Below, one piece after another: positions 14,973-29,646 of a stretch of DNA of 64,000 nucleotides. Every line of letters starts with the position of its first letter. Position 1 is the stretch's first letter. The position numbers and the translations under genes were made by a program. The notes under the pieces were generated by a model. That model saw nothing but the letters and a program-made list of their open reading frames with translations, was not told the DNA's origin and ran no database searches. The stretch comes from Eledone cirrhosa. Lineage: Eukaryota. The stretch is from contig OZ024754.1 in assembly GCA_964016885.1 (NCBI GenBank), positions 35,588,001 through 35,652,000 on the forward strand. Reading direction: 5' to 3'.

Positions 14973-15442
14973 ATGTAACAACAAATGCAGACACACAAAT
15001 TGTGCAGATATATAAATGTTTAAGAAATCCAAAAACCACACACACACACACACGCGCACACACAAACACACGCGCGCACACACACATACACTCACACACG
15101 CACACATACGCACACACACAAACACACGCGCGCCCACACACATACACTCACACACACACATACGCACACGAATATTTATATATCTGTATGTATATGAACA
15201 TACAAATATACATATCCTTACACAAATATATATAAAATTATAATATATATGTAGGTGTATATATATATATATATAGATATAGATATGAAAAGTTCATAGG
15301 CTGACTATGAAGGAGTGATGATAGGGCTGTGAAATCTTGCATGCATTAATAACAACTCTTATTAATAACTGTATTATTTCTTTTTAGGAACTATGTTGAA
15401 AAACAAACCACATTTGGACAGCTGAACTTTTCCTCCGACGCT

Positions 15443-15535
<93 letters not shown>

Positions 15536-16044
15536 TAAGATGTATGGAAGGACGTATGTGAATCGCGATGATCACGTCTGACTTACCAAATATGTGACGG
15601 TAGCTAGTTAAGCTCTATGCGTATACGCAGAGCAGAAATATTAGGGGGAAGAAGGTTTTTTTCCTTTCGGAAAACATTTTTTTCTCTAGAAGAAATTTCA
15701 TAGGAACTCTATATATTTTTTAGGGAAACTTTATATTTTTATTTTCTTATTTAATTAGCCTCTTAATTTTCTTCTAGACTAATAGGTGTATTGGAGCCTG
15801 TAAGCTTTATGCACTCATTGAGGGATTTTCTGAGCTACTTCTGCGGGACCCCAAGTCTCTTGGTTTAATTTTGATGCGTGAATTATATATTTTTGTCTAA
15901 TTTTTAAACTTCAATCCCTGACCCCGACAACTAATATAAAAGAGCCCCCCTTAAAGCGGAGTTGCTGATGTATACAACAATTTCAAACTGCTAGCCGTGA
16001 GTGATACGTTGATGTAAACAATGATCTTGCAATCACATGTTATA

Positions 16045-16091
16045 TGCCTTGATAAGTCCCACTATGGGGTCGGACGAAACGGCTGTCGGCA
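16045..16091 (+). ncRNA. Type-I hammerhead ribozyme, U3-A8 core variant
   Basis: TGCC TTGATAA GTCC cactatggggtc GGAC GAAAC ggct GTC GGCA; all three stems pair; followed by AATAAA. Confidence 0.75.
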
Positions 16092-16138
16092 ATAAACTTG
16101 TTATAATGTCATAATAGTTCCTTTGTTCTTTTTCACTA

Positions 16139-16172
<34 letters not shown>

Positions 16173-16291
16173 ATGTGTGATAAAAGGACGATTTGTTGTC
16201 TTCATTACGTTTATTGAGTAGTGGCGCACGTTTCGCTATTGATCAGCTCAAGGTTCGACCTCCACTGTGGTAATGATATATATATATATAT

Positions 16292-17789
16292 CTAGGGCGG
16301 GTAAAATTCCCGAGATCCATGGACGAGTTCTCTCCAGCGGTCTCTGTCCCTCACTATCGCTGCCATGTCCTGCGTCTCCCAGAGACCAGCATCTGTCCTT
16401 AAGGCATCAACATATGTTAACCTTGGACTTCCTCTTCCACAGTGTGTCCATGTAGGGGCTCCCACAGGAGCACTGAGTGCAGTGTCAACTCTGGATGTCG
16501 GTGAGCATGTCCAGCTAACCTAGTGTGGCCATGTAGGGGCTCCCACAGGAGCACTGAGTGCAGTGTCAACTCTGGATGTCGGTGAGCATGTCCAGCTAAC
16601 CTAGTGTGGCCATGTAGGGGCTCCCACAGGAGCACTGAGTGCAGTGTCAACTCTGGATGTCGGTGAGCATGTCCAGCTAACCTAGTGTGGCCATGTAGGG
16701 GCTCCCACAGGAGCACTGAGTGCAGTGTCAACTCTGGATGTCGGTGAGCATGTCCAGCTAACCTAGTGTGGCCATGTAGGGGCTCCCACAGGAGCACTGA
16801 GTGCAGTGTCAACTCTGGATGTCGGTGAGCATGTCCAGCTAACCTAGTGTGGCCATGTAGGGGCTCCCACAGGAGCACTGAGAGCAATGTCAACTCTGGA
16901 TGTCGGTGAGCATGTCCAGCTAACCTAGTGTGGCCATGTAGGGGATCCCACAGGAGCACTGAGTGCAGTGTCAACTCTGGATGTCGGTGAGCATGTCCAG
17001 CTAACCTAGTGTGGCCATGTAGGGGCTCCCACAGGAGCACTGAGTGCAATGTCAACTCTGGATGTCGGTGAGCATGTCCAGCTAACCTAGTGTGGCCATG
17101 TAGGGGCTCCCACAGGAGCACTGAGAGCAGTGTCAACTCTGGATGTCGGTGAGCATGTCCAGCTAACCTAGTGTGGCCATGTAGGGGCTCCCACAGGAGC
17201 ACTGAGAGCAATGTCAACTCTGGATGTCGGTGAGCATGTCCAGCTAACCTAGTGTGGCCATGTAGGGGCTCCCACAGGAGCACTGAGAGCAATGTCAACT
17301 CTGGATGTCGGTGAGCATGTCCAGCTAACCTAGTGTGGCCATGTAGGGGCTCCCACAGGAGCACTGAGAGCAATGTCAACTCTGGATGTCGGTGAGCATG
17401 TCCAGCTAACCCAGTGTGTCCATGTAGGGGCTCCCACAGGAGCACTGAGTGCAGTGTCAACTCTGGATGTCGGTGAGCATGTCCAGCTAACCTAGTGTGG
17501 CCATGTAGGGGCTCCCACAGGAGCACTGAGTGCAGTGTCAACTCTGGATGTCGGTGAGCATGTCCAGCTAACCTAGTGTGGCCATGTAGGGGCTCCCACA
17601 GGAGCACTGAGAGCAGTGTCAACTCTGGATGTCGGTGAGCATGTCCAGCTAACCTAGTGTGGCCATGTAGGGGCTCCCACAGGAGCACTGAGTGCAGTGT
17701 CAACTCTGGATGTCGGTGAGCATGTCCAGCTAACCTCAATCTCCTCTGTGCTACTCTCGAGCTAACCTTTGGGAGGCTTCCGTACAGCC

Positions 17790-17791
<2 letters not shown>
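16292..17791 (-). mobile_element. 5'-truncated RTE-like LINE 3' end with internal 81-bp tandem amplification
   Basis: Minus strand reads GLYGSLPKVSSRVAQRRLRLAGHAHRHPELTLHSVLLWEPLHG…GRGSPRLTYVDALRTDAG…DRDRWRELVHGSREFYPP*. Same 3' end at 57177-57270 (+). Confidence 0.85.
16441..17736. repeat. 81-bp minisatellite, 16 copies
   Basis: Unit AGTGTGGCCATGTAGGGGCTCCCACAGG…CCAGCTAACCT; 1296 bp / 81 = 16. Confidence 0.97.
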
Positions 17792-17884
<93 letters not shown>

Positions 17885-18079
17885 GTAGGTCCCGGGTTGA
17901 GTCGGGGATAACCACAGTAAGTAAGGTACTCAATACATGGCAGAGTAAAATTTTTTTATTTTATAGAAGGAGCTTCTACAGGACTAGTACTGTTTCATTC
18001 AGATGAAATCTTCAGGAAGACTGAAGATTTCATCTGAATGAAACAGTACTAGTCCTGTAGAAGCTCCTTCTATAAAAGA

Positions 18080-18121
<42 letters not shown>

Positions 18122-18201
18122 TTTTTTACTTTTTTACCTGTTTCACCCATCCGGCTGAGGCCATGCTGGGGCACCGCCCTTGTATATATATTTATATATA
18201 T

Positions 18202-18258
<57 letters not shown>

Positions 18259-18841
18259 TTGAAGACTAAAATCCAAAGAGGGCTCGATAAGGATAAATAT
18301 ATATCAAATATATAAGAACCGTAGAGCAAATATTTCAGAAGATCCCGTTAAGGGTGAAAGCAGAGATTCTTTGCTTAAAATTTAATCTGTTATTTTAATA
18401 AATATATATATATATATATATTTCATTTAGGTTTGTTGGTTCACCACTGGATAGAACTGGTCATTCCGTATGGTCAACCTTGGTGTAATATTAGGGAGAG
18501 CACTCGACGTAATGCAACTCACCCGTCTTCGTTTGTGTTGTTCGTGGTACGAGTACGGAGTTAATTATTATAAAATAACAGGAAACTGGACTGGTGTAAT
18601 TCCTTAAAGGTTTATGATGAACATTTCAATGATCGGGTGTAATTCCTTAAAGGTTTACTATGAACATTTCAATGATCGGGTTCAGTATGAATCCGGTGAC
18701 ATCATCAGGTATTCGAAATTTAACAAAGGAATATCATAGACACAATCCATGGGGCTGAAAAGGTAAGAGAGACAAAAAGACGGCCAAACCTTTAGCAGTT
18801 TCTAGTCTGGTTGGCCGCCCTCAAGATATATATATATATAT

Positions 18842-19355
18842 ATTTATTAAAATAACAGATTAAAGTTTAAGCAAAGAATCGCTGCTTTCACCCTTAACGG
18901 GATCTCCTGAAACTAACAAAGTCAATCTGTAAACGCAGAAGTGGATATTTCAAAAAACGTTGCAACCGGAGGAAGACAGGAAGACGACACTTTGGTTCGT
19001 GGAAACGTTCGCTATGCAAATAAGTAATGGTATAAAGAAAACATATACTTAGCTCCCACATCAAGACGTAAAATATCCACGTATAGATCGTACTATCCGT
19101 TAGGGTATAACGTGGGGCTGTAATAAAGTATCGTCTTCCTGTCTTCCTCCGGTTGCAACGTTTTTTGAAATATCCACTTCTGCGTTTACAGATTGACTTT
19201 GTTAGTTTCAGAAGATCCCGTTAATGGTGAAAGCACTGATTCTTTGCTTAAACTTTAATCTGTTATTTTAATAAATATTTGCTCTACGGTTCTCATATAT
19301 TTGATATATATTTATCCTTATCGAGCCCTCTTTGGATTTTAGTCTTCAAATTTAT
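18842..19355. mobile_element. TA-flanked fold-back element (about 145-bp arms)
   Basis: 18842-18987 is the reverse complement of 19132-19278. Family fragments also at 18255-18412, 30282-30435 and 56187-56283. Confidence 0.7.
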
Positions 19356-19364
19356 TATTATTAC

Positions 19365-19429
<65 letters not shown>

Positions 19430-19569
19430 GTAAATCCCCTACTTACGAACGGGTTACGTTTCAAGAAGCCGTGTTCGTTAGCTGGGTTTGTTAGCTGAAC
19501 GTCTAACACAGAACGTACCAGTAAGCCTATATATGTCACATTGACACTGCAGGTTTCCATATGAATAAT

Positions 19570-21705
19570 ATATACACAGTATATAGAGGTATATATAGAT
19601 TATATAGAGCTATATATATATACATTATATAGAGGTATATATAGATTATATAGAGGTATATATATACAGTATATAGAGGTATATATAGATTATATAGACT
19701 ATATATATATATATATACAGTATATAGAGGTATATATATATATACAGTATATAGAGGTATATATATATATACAGTATATAGAGGTATATAGATTATATAG
19801 AGGTATATATATACAGTATATAGAGGTATATATATATATACAGTATATAGAGGTATATATAGATTATATAGAGCTATATATATACAGTATATAGAGGTAT
19901 ATATATATATATACAGTATATAGAGGTATATAGATTATATAGAGGTATATATATACAGTATATAGAGGTATATATATATATACAGTATATAGAGGTATAT
20001 ATAGATTATATAGAGCTATATATATACAGTATATAGAGGTATATATATATATACAGTATATAGAGGTATATATAGATTATATAGAGGTATATATATACAG
20101 TATATAGAGGTATATATATATATACAGTATATAGAGGTATATATAGATTATATAGAGCTATATATATACAGTATATAGAGGTATATATAGATTATATAGA
20201 GCTATATATATATACATTATATAGAGGTATATATAGATTATATAGAGGTATATATATACAGTATATAGAGGTATATATAGATTATATAGACTATATATAT
20301 ATATATATACAGTATATAGAGGTATATATATATATACAGTATATAGAGGTATATATATATATACAGTATATAGAGGTATATAGATTATATAGAGGTATAT
20401 ATATACAGTATATAGAGGTATATATATATATACAGTATATAGAGGTATATATAGATTATATAGAGCTATATATATACAGTATATAGAGGTATATATATAT
20501 ATATACAGTATATAGAGGTATATAGATTATATAGAGGTATATATATACAGTATATAGAGGTATATATATATATACAGTATATAGAGGTATATATAGATTA
20601 TATAGAGCTATATATATACAGTATATAGAGGTATATATATATATACAGTATATAGAGGTATATATAGATTATATAGAGGTATATATATACAGTATATAGA
20701 GGTATATATATATATACAGTATATAGAGGTATATATAGATTATATAGAGCTATATATATACAGTATATAGAGGTATATATAGATTATATAGAGCTATATA
20801 TATATATATACAGTATATAGAGGTATATATAGATTAAATAGAGGTATATATATACAGTATATAGAGGTATATATAGATTAAATACAGGTATATATATATA
20901 GTATATAGAGGTATATAGAGGTATATATATATATATATACAGTATATAGAGGTATATATATACAGTATATAGAGGTATATATAGATTATATAGAGCTATA
21001 TATATATATATACAGTATATAGAGGTATATATAGATTAAATAGAGGTATATATATACAGTATATAGAGGTATATATAGATTAAATACAGGTATATATATA
21101 TAGTATATAGAGGTATATAGAGGTATATATATATATATACAGTATATAGAGGTATATATAGATTATATAGAGGTATATATATATACAGTATATAGAGGTA
21201 TATATAGATTATATAGAGCTATATATATATACAGTATATAGAGCTATATATAGATTATATAGAGCTATATATATATATACAGTATATAGAGCTATATATA
21301 TACAGTATATAGAGGTATATATATATATATAGATTATATAGAGCTATATATATATATACAGTATATAGAGCTATATATATACAGTATATAGAGGTATATA
21401 TAGATTATATAGAGGTATATATACATACAGTATATAGAGGTATATATAGATTATATAGAGGTATATATATATACAGTATATAGAGGTATATATAGATTAT
21501 ATAGAGGTATATATATATACAGTATATAGAGGAATATATATATATACAGTATATATATACAGTATATAGAGGAATATATATATATACAGTATATAGAGGT
21601 ATATATATATATATACAGTATATAGAGCTATATATATACAGTATATAGAGGTATATATACACAGTATATAGAGGAATATATATATATATATATATACAGT
21701 ATATA
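19570..21705. repeat. AT-rich satellite (TACAGTATATAGAGG / TAGATTATATAGAG units with variable TA spacers)
   Basis: Direct inspection; rare variants recur at period 592. Confidence 0.95.
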
Positions 21706-21737
21706 TTTGAACTCAGATCATAAAGGTAATAATAAAA

Positions 21738-22130
21738 ATAATTGTTTCTACTTTAGGCACAAAGCCAGCAAATACCCAGTGTATTACTGGTACTTTATTT
21801 TATCGACCCCCCCGTAAGGATGAAAGGCAAAGTTAACCTCGGCGGGATTTGAACACAGAATGGCAAGGGCCGTAACTCTATGCGGCAAAGCATGGCGTCC
21901 GACCTTCTACCGATACTGCCAATCCACCGCGTAACATGTAATAATTGTTTCTACAATAAGCACAAGGTCAGCAATTATCCCAGTGTATTACTGGTACTTT
22001 ATTTTATCGATACCGTAAGGATGAGAGGCAAAGTCAACCTCGGCGGGATTTGAACTCAGATCGTAAAGGGACATAACTATGCTGGAAAGCATGGCGTCCG
22101 ACCCTCTACTGATACTGCCAATCCACCGCC
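21738..22130 (-). mobile_element. Two adjacent SINE family A copies
   Basis: Full motif set at 21738-21930 and 21941-22130. Confidence 0.9.
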
Positions 22131-22412
22131 ATTTTGAATACCGTAAAGCTAATGACAATAAATTGTTAAAGAAAGAAATGTACCTTTTCAATTCTGCGAG
22201 AGCTGAATGGTACCCCATGCCGTAGGTACAATTTCGGATTGTTTTTTATGGTGCGAAAGAAGGAACCCTTTTTTTCTGTTGCAAAAGGAGGAAACCAGGC
22301 CCCGAACCCTCATAAACGAACCCACCGCGGAAGAAATTTTGTTTTTTCCGTCTTGAGAATGTTCGTATCTGCGGAAGTTCGTACGTAGGATGTTCGTAAT
22401 GTGGGGACTGAC

Positions 22413-23104
<692 letters not shown>

Positions 23105-23110
<6 letters not shown>

Positions 23111-23299
23111 AACCAGTAAGACCCCGACGGCTGAGCTCAAGCCGTTTCGACGGCTAATTCTGGACTCAGAATTAGCCGTTGAAACGGCTTGAGCTCAGCC
23201 GTCGGGGTCTTACTGGTTCCTATTACCCACTCTACTACCCTAAGTATTGAGTACTTTGGTGCGTTATGGTCCATCTGGTTCCTTACCACATTTCCTTCG

Positions 23300-23302
<3 letters not shown>
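23105..23302. mobile_element. TA-flanked fold-back element carrying the 3' half of a hammerhead (GAAACGGCT-tgagctc-AGCCGTC)
   Basis: Inverted arms around TCTGGACTCAGA. Family copies at 40450-40731, 42476-42555 and 51541-51730. Confidence 0.65.
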
Positions 23303-23369
<67 letters not shown>

Positions 23370-23438
23370 ATATAGTATTAGGAAAAGAGTCAGAAGCCCG
23401 ACGGCTGAGCTCAGCTGTTGGGGTTCTGACTCTTTTTG

Positions 23439-23555
<117 letters not shown>

Positions 23556-23655
23556 ATGTGTCCATATGTGTCTGTTACTATCGCAATGGTATGTAGTTAT
23601 GTTGACGACAAAGAGAATACTGATAAAAGCGTGGCTGAATATAAAATGGCGGCTT

Positions 23656-23698
<43 letters not shown>

Positions 23699-24159
23699 TT
23701 TGCGTATTTATTTATTTGTTTGTTTGTTTGTTTATTTGTTTGTTTATTTGTTTATTTATTTATTTTAACTATCCATTTATTTTACTGTTAGCGGTGTATA
23801 TGATGATGATGATGTTGATGATGTTGATGATGATGATTTTGGCGATAGTGATGGTGATGGGGATGATGATGGCGATGGTGGTGGGGATGGGGATGGTGAT
23901 AGTGATGGTGGTGGCGATAGTGATGGTGGTGGCGGGGATGGTGATGGCGGTAGGGATGATGATGATGATGATGATGATGGTGATGGTGATGGTGCTGTGG
24001 TGGTGGTGGGGATGGTGATAGTGATGGTGATGGTGATGGCGATGGTGGTGGTAATGGTGATGGTGATGGTGATGGTGATGACTCACATACTAGAGGTAGT
24101 GGCGGCGGTGGTGGTGGTGGTGGTAGTGGAGGTCATGATCGTGGTGATTGGTGGTGTTG

Positions 24160-24920
24160 GTGGTGGTAGTGGTGGTAGTTGTACTGGTAGTGGTAGTGGT
24201 GGTGGTAGTGGTGGTGGTTGTACTGGTAGTGGTAGTGGTGGTGGTAGTGGTGGTGTTTGTACTGGTAGTGGTAGTGGTGGTGGTAGTGGTGGTGGTTGTA
24301 CTGGTAGTGGTAGTGGTGGTGGTAGTGGTGGTGGTTGTACTGGTAGTGGTAGTGGTGGTGGTAGTGGTGGTGGTTGTACTGGTAGTGGTAGTGGTGGTGG
24401 TAGTGGTGGTGGTTGTACTGGTAGTGGTAGTGGTGGTGGTAGTGGTGGTGGTTGTACTGGTAGTGGTAGTGGTGGTGGCAGTGGTGGTGGTTGTACTGGT
24501 AGTGGTAGTGGTGGTGGTAGTGGTGGTGGTTGTACTGGTAGTGGTAGTGGTGGTGGTAGTGGTGGTGGTTGTACTGGTAGTGGTAGTGGTGGTGGTAGTG
24601 GTGGTGGTTGTACTGGTAGTGGTAGTGGTGGTGGCAGTGGTGGTGGTTGTACTGGTAGTGGTAGTGGTGGTGGTAGTGGTGGTGGTTGTACTGGTAGTGG
24701 TAGTGGTGGTGGTAGTGGTGGTGGTTGTACTGGTAGTGGTAGTGGTGGTGGCAGTGGTGGTGGTTGTACTGGTAGTGGTAGTGGTGGTGGCAGTGGTGGT
24801 GGTTGTACTGGTAGTGGTAGTGGTGGTGGTAGTGGTGGTGGTTGTACTGGTAGTGGTAGTGGTGGTGGTAGTGGTGGTGGTTGTACTGGTAGTGGTAGTG
24901 GTGGTGGTAGTGGTGGTGGT
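24160..24920. repeat. 39-bp minisatellite derived from (GGT)n, about 19 copies
   Basis: Unit TGTACTGGTAGTGGTAGTGGTGGTGGTAGTGGTGGTGGT. Confidence 0.95.
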
Positions 24921-25318
24921 GGTGGGTGTGTGGTGTTGATGCTGATGATGATGCTGAGAGAAAGAAATGTATAGCATAAGTGGAGAGAGGGGCGCTGGGG
25001 AAATCGGGAGAAAATGTAGCATAGATGATGATGATGATGATGATGATGAGAGGGGGGTGGGAATGTGGGGGAAAGGAGGAGAAAGAGATGGATTGAGGAA
25101 GAGAGAGATTAAGAAGAGAATGACAGAGCAGGAGAGCGAGAAAGAGAGAGTGAGAGGAAGATAAAGAGAGAGAGGGGGAGTGGGAGTGGGAGAGAGAGAG
25201 AGAGAGAGACGGAGAGAGAGGTGTATAGAAGGAAGGAGAGAGAAATATATACAAGAGACTATTGGAAGGAGAGAGAGATTGTGAGACAGAAAAGAGAAAG
25301 GAGAAATAGATAGACAGA

Positions 25319-25400
<82 letters not shown>

Positions 25401-25556
25401 GAGGAGTAGGTGGGAGGGGGTAGAGTTTAAGGAGAAACTCGTCGATTGGTTTCTCTGATTGATCTGCTTCGAACCATCATTAGATGATATCGAAGTAAAA
25501 TGATTGAAACAATTGCTATGGCAACAAACTTTATAGATCTCGTTCTTTATGGACTA

Positions 25557-26670
25557 TGGTGGTGGTGGGGTGGTGATGGTGGTGTTGACGGTGGTGGTAA
25601 TGGTAGTGGTGTTGGTGGTGGTGATGGTGTTGGTGGTGGTGGTGGTGGTGGTGTTGGTGGTGGTGGTGGTGGTGGTGGTGGTGGTGGTGGTGGTGGTGGT
25701 GGTGGTGGTGTTGGTGGTGTTGGTGGTGGTGATGGTGTTGGTGGTGTTGGTGGTGGTGGTGGTGGTGGTGGTGGTGGTGTTGGTGGTGGTGGTGGTGGTG
25801 GTGGTGATGGTGGTGTTGGTGATGGTGTTGGTGTTGGTGGTGGTGGTGGCGTTGGTGGTGTTGGTGGTGGTGGTGTTGGTGTTGGTGGTGTTGGTGGTGG
25901 TGGTGGTGGTGTTGGTGGTGGTGGTGGCGTTGGTGGTGTTGGTGTTGGTGATGGTGGTGGTGGTGGTGTTGGTGGTGGCGTTGATGGTGTTGGTGGTGTT
26001 GGTGATGGTGGTGGTGGTGTTGGTGTTGGTGGTGGTGGTGGTGTTGGTGTTGGTGGTGTTGGTGTTGGTGGTGGTGGTGGTGTTGGTGTTGGTGGTGGTG
26101 GTGGTGTTGGTGTTGGTGGTGGTGGTGTTGGTGTTGGTGGTGGTGGTGGTGTTGGTGTTGGAGGTGAAGGTGGTAATGGTGGTGGTGCTGGTAGTGGCGG
26201 TGGTGTTGGTGGTGGTAGTGTTGGTAATGGTGGTGATATTAGTGGTGGTGGTGGTGTTGGTGGTTTTAAAGGTGGTGGTGTTGGTGTTATTATTGTTGTT
26301 GTTGGTGGTGGTGGTGGTGACGGTGGTAGTAATGGCAGTAGTGTTGGTGGTGTTGGTGTTGGTGTTGGAGGTGGTGGGGGTAATGGTGGTGGTGGTGGTG
26401 GTGGTGGTGGTGGTAATTGTGGTGGTGGTGTTGGTGATGGTGGTAGTGGTAATGGTGGTGGTTTTGGTGCTGGTAATGGTGTTACTGTTGTTGTTGTTGG
26501 TGGTGGTGAGGGTGACGGTGGTGATAATGGTGGTGTTATTGTTGTTGGTGGTGGTGAGGGGTGAGATTAATGTGGTGTTAACACTGGAGGTGGTCCCGAT
26601 GGTGGCAATGGTCGTGGTGTTGGTGGTGTTGGTGTCGTTGTTGTTGGCGGTGGTGGAGGTATTGGGTGGG
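25557..26670. repeat. (GGT/GTT)n trinucleotide block
   Basis: Direct inspection. Confidence 0.95.
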
Positions 26671-26737
26671 GTTAGTGATCGTGGTGAGGATGATGAGGCA
26701 AGTTTTGGGGGTGGAATCATAGATGTGACCTGGGGTT

Positions 26738-26998
26738 ATATCTAGGTCTATAAGCAAACAGAGACTCAGATTTGCTGGCCACTGTTGGCGCAGCAATGAA
26801 GAAACAGCAGGTGATGTGTTGTTATGGAGTCCATCTCAGGGATCAAGAAACGCTGGTCGTCCCAAGAAGACATACGTCAAGTAACTTGAGAACGATACTG
26901 GATGCACTGCGGAAGAACTGGCAAACGCTATGAGAGACAGAGATGGATGGAGGAAACGTGTCGTAGAAAGCCGAGCAAGCTCGACCTGATGATGATGA
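26738..26998 (+). mobile_element. RTE-like LINE 3' fragment
   Basis: Translates ISRSISKQRLRFAGHCWRSNEETAGDVLLWSPSQGSRNAGRPKKTYVK*LENDTG…AMRDRDGWRKRV…*; (TGA)n tail. Confidence 0.85.
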
Positions 26999-27040
26999 CT
27001 ATAAGCAAAGAAATAGCAGCTAAACGGTCTGTTGGATGTA

Positions 27041-27097
<57 letters not shown>

Positions 27098-27124
27098 TTG
27101 CGTGGATATCTATGTGTGTGTGCA

Positions 27125-27156
<32 letters not shown>

Positions 27157-27158
<2 letters not shown>

Positions 27159-27280
27159 TGAAGGCGTGTGGCTGAGTGGTTAGAGAATTGGATTCGCAAT
27201 CGCAAGGTTGTGAGTTCGATTCCTGGACCAGGAGATGCGTTATGTCCTTGAGCAAGACACTTTATTTCACGTTGCTCCTT
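27157..27280 (+). mobile_element. SINE family B 5' part
   Basis: GGCGTGTGGCTGAGTGG…GAGTTCGATTCC…CCTTGAGCAAGACACTT. Similar heads at 1-75, 38165-38265, 39135-39260 and 49228-49310. Confidence 0.8.
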
Positions 27281-27480
27281 CTACCTGGAGTTGCGACCGA
27301 TAGATAGTATTAGCAATTGGAAAGACCAACGGAAACATTGTTCCCTCGGTCCGATTTGACGAAAGTTGATCGTTCCTTTATATATAAGCAAAGGGATATT
27401 TAATTTGTTGGTAATTCAACAAATATATATATTTATAACAGATTCGAAGCACTCGACAGCTTTTCTGGAGTATACTATTA

Positions 27481-27672
27481 ATAATTGTTTCTACTTTTGG
27501 CACAAGGCCAGCAATTACCCAGTGCATTACTGGTACTTTATTTCATCGACCCCATGAGGATGAAAGGCAAAGTTAACCTTGGCGGGCTTTGAACTCAGAA
27601 TGGCAAGGGACGTAACTCTATGCGTCAAAGCATGGCGTCCGACCCTCTACCGATACTGCCAATCCACCGCCC
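27481..27672 (-). mobile_element. SINE family A
   Basis: Full motif set. Confidence 0.9.
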
Positions 27673-27708
27673 TGGTGGATATGTCAATATTTATAAAACA
27701 AGCTTTGT

Positions 27709-27767
27709 ATTTTATCTGATGAGAGCGTACCAAAGTTTTGGTACCCTTGAAATATATATAATAGAAT
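27709..27767 (+). ncRNA. Type-I hammerhead (TATATA stem-III family)
   Basis: ATTTTAT CTGATGA gagcGTACCaaagttttGGTACcctt GAAA TATATA TA ATAGAAT. Confidence 0.72.
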
Positions 27768-27811
27768 AAATAGGGTTTTATAAATATAGTTTCCATTTAT
27801 TAATATCATTG

Positions 27812-27942
<131 letters not shown>

Positions 27943-27956
27943 CATATATATATATA

Positions 27957-28057
<101 letters not shown>

Positions 28058-28603
28058 CGCAATGAATTCTCGACAGTTGGATTACATAACTGTCTTTATC
28101 CCATTGCAGAAACTAATTAGTTGGAGTGAAAATTTAAGTAAGAAAAAATTTTTTTTTAAATTTTTTTAAAAAAATATTTTCTTATTTTACGTCCTTTATA
28201 TTATTGTTCTGCATTCTCCTGCATTGAACCACCTAGGTACTATGACATAACCTGTGTATTTGCTGGCATGGGCGTGCATCTGTGCGCTTATGTTAGTTGA
28301 TATATTAAATTATCTATATTTATCTCCAAATCACTGATTTGTCGAGCAAACTTGTCAAAACCACTTCTAAAAAAATTTTTTTTTGGGGTGTTAGTAGGCG
28401 TCAGTCATCTTACCATCCCATTCCTTCTAACTAGCCTCTGTGTCACGTGATTGATTCTTTAGAATCGGCCATTTGACTTGAAGCAGTGAGAATTTCGGTA
28501 CATTGAATTCAGTCCTCGCAAGCTGTTCGATCTACCGAATTATTATTATTTTTATATGAGCCGCCAGTGTCCGCGCATTGCCTGGAGACTTAACTGAGAA
28601 TAG

Positions 28604-28685
28604 ACTTCCTGATGACGCAATGAATTCTCGACAGTTGGATTACATAACTGTCTTTATCCCATTGCAGAAACTAATTAGTTGGAGT
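28604..28685 (+). ncRNA. Type-I hammerhead ribozyme with extended stem II
   Basis: ACTTC CTGATGA c GCAATG [aattctc GACAGTT ggattacat AACTGTC tttatcc] CATTGC a GAAA CTAATTAG TT GGAGT. Stem I is ACUUC/GGAGU, stem III is palindromic, predicted cut after GUU at 28680. Confidence 0.8.
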
Positions 28686-29161
28686 GAAAATTTAAGTAAG
28701 AAAAAAATTTTTTTTAAATTTTTTTAAAAAAATATTTTCTTATTTTACGTCCTTTATATTATTGTTCTGCATTCTCCTGCATTGAACCACCTAGGTACTA
28801 TGACATAACCTGTGTATTTGCTGGCATGGGCGTGCATCTGTGCGCTTATGTTAGTTGATATATTAAATTATCTATATTTATCTCCAAATCACTGATTTGT
28901 CGAGCAAACTTGTCAAAACCACTTCTAAAAAAATTTTTTTTTGGGGTGTTAGTAGGCGTCAGTCATCTTACCATCCCATTCCTTCTAACTAGCCTCTGTG
29001 TCACGTGATTGATTCTTTAGAATCGGCCATTTAACTTGAAGCAGTGAGAATTTCGGTACATTGAATTCAGTCCTCGCAAGCTGTTCGATCTACCGAATTA
29101 TTATTATTTTTATATGAGCCGCCAGTGTCCGCGCATTGCCTGGAGACTTAACTGAGAATAG

Positions 29162-29243
29162 ACTTCCTGATGACGCAATGAATTCTCGACAGTTGGATTA
29201 CATAACTGTCTTTATCCCATTGCAGAAACTAATTAGTTGGAGT
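29162..29243 (+). ncRNA. Type-I hammerhead ribozyme (second complete copy)
   Basis: Same sequence as 28604-28685 shifted by 558; predicted cut after 29238. Confidence 0.8.
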
Positions 29244-29309
29244 GAAAATTTAAGTAAGAAAAAAATTTTTTTTAAATTTTTTTAAAAAAATATTTTCTTA
29301 TTTTACGTC

Positions 29310-29348
<39 letters not shown>

Positions 29349-29362
29349 TATATATATATATG

Positions 29363-29436
<74 letters not shown>

Positions 29437-29579
29437 AATAACGACACAATGGGTACAATATATGGAAGGAATAAGGTTAACACTTGAAATAGCAGGAAGA
29501 GAGGTTCCGAACGTCTCGGGCGCTAATCCTTCATCAGAACAAAGAATGAGAAATTAGAAAGATTGAAGGGACGGCCGGC

Positions 29580-29646
<67 letters not shown>

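Noticed and set aside
18333-18375. CAGAAGA-TCCC/GGGT-GAAA hammerhead-like motif in the 18255/19200/56220 family
   Set aside because: Non-canonical position 4 and no convincing stem I/III by eye; left uncalled.
18660-18715. Minus-strand CTGATGA…GAAA with long stem II
   Set aside because: Stem I does not pair convincingly; probably a decayed HHR. The same applies to 29505-29542.
23997-26745. Gly-rich, poly-Thr and poly-Val ORFs resembling structural proteins or mucins
   Set aside because: Open in several frames and both strands because they are (GGT)n-derived repeats; no signal peptide or splice support.
27157-27235. tRNA gene candidates (A/B boxes)
   Set aside because: They continue into SINE bodies and lack a proper acceptor stem; these are SINE heads.
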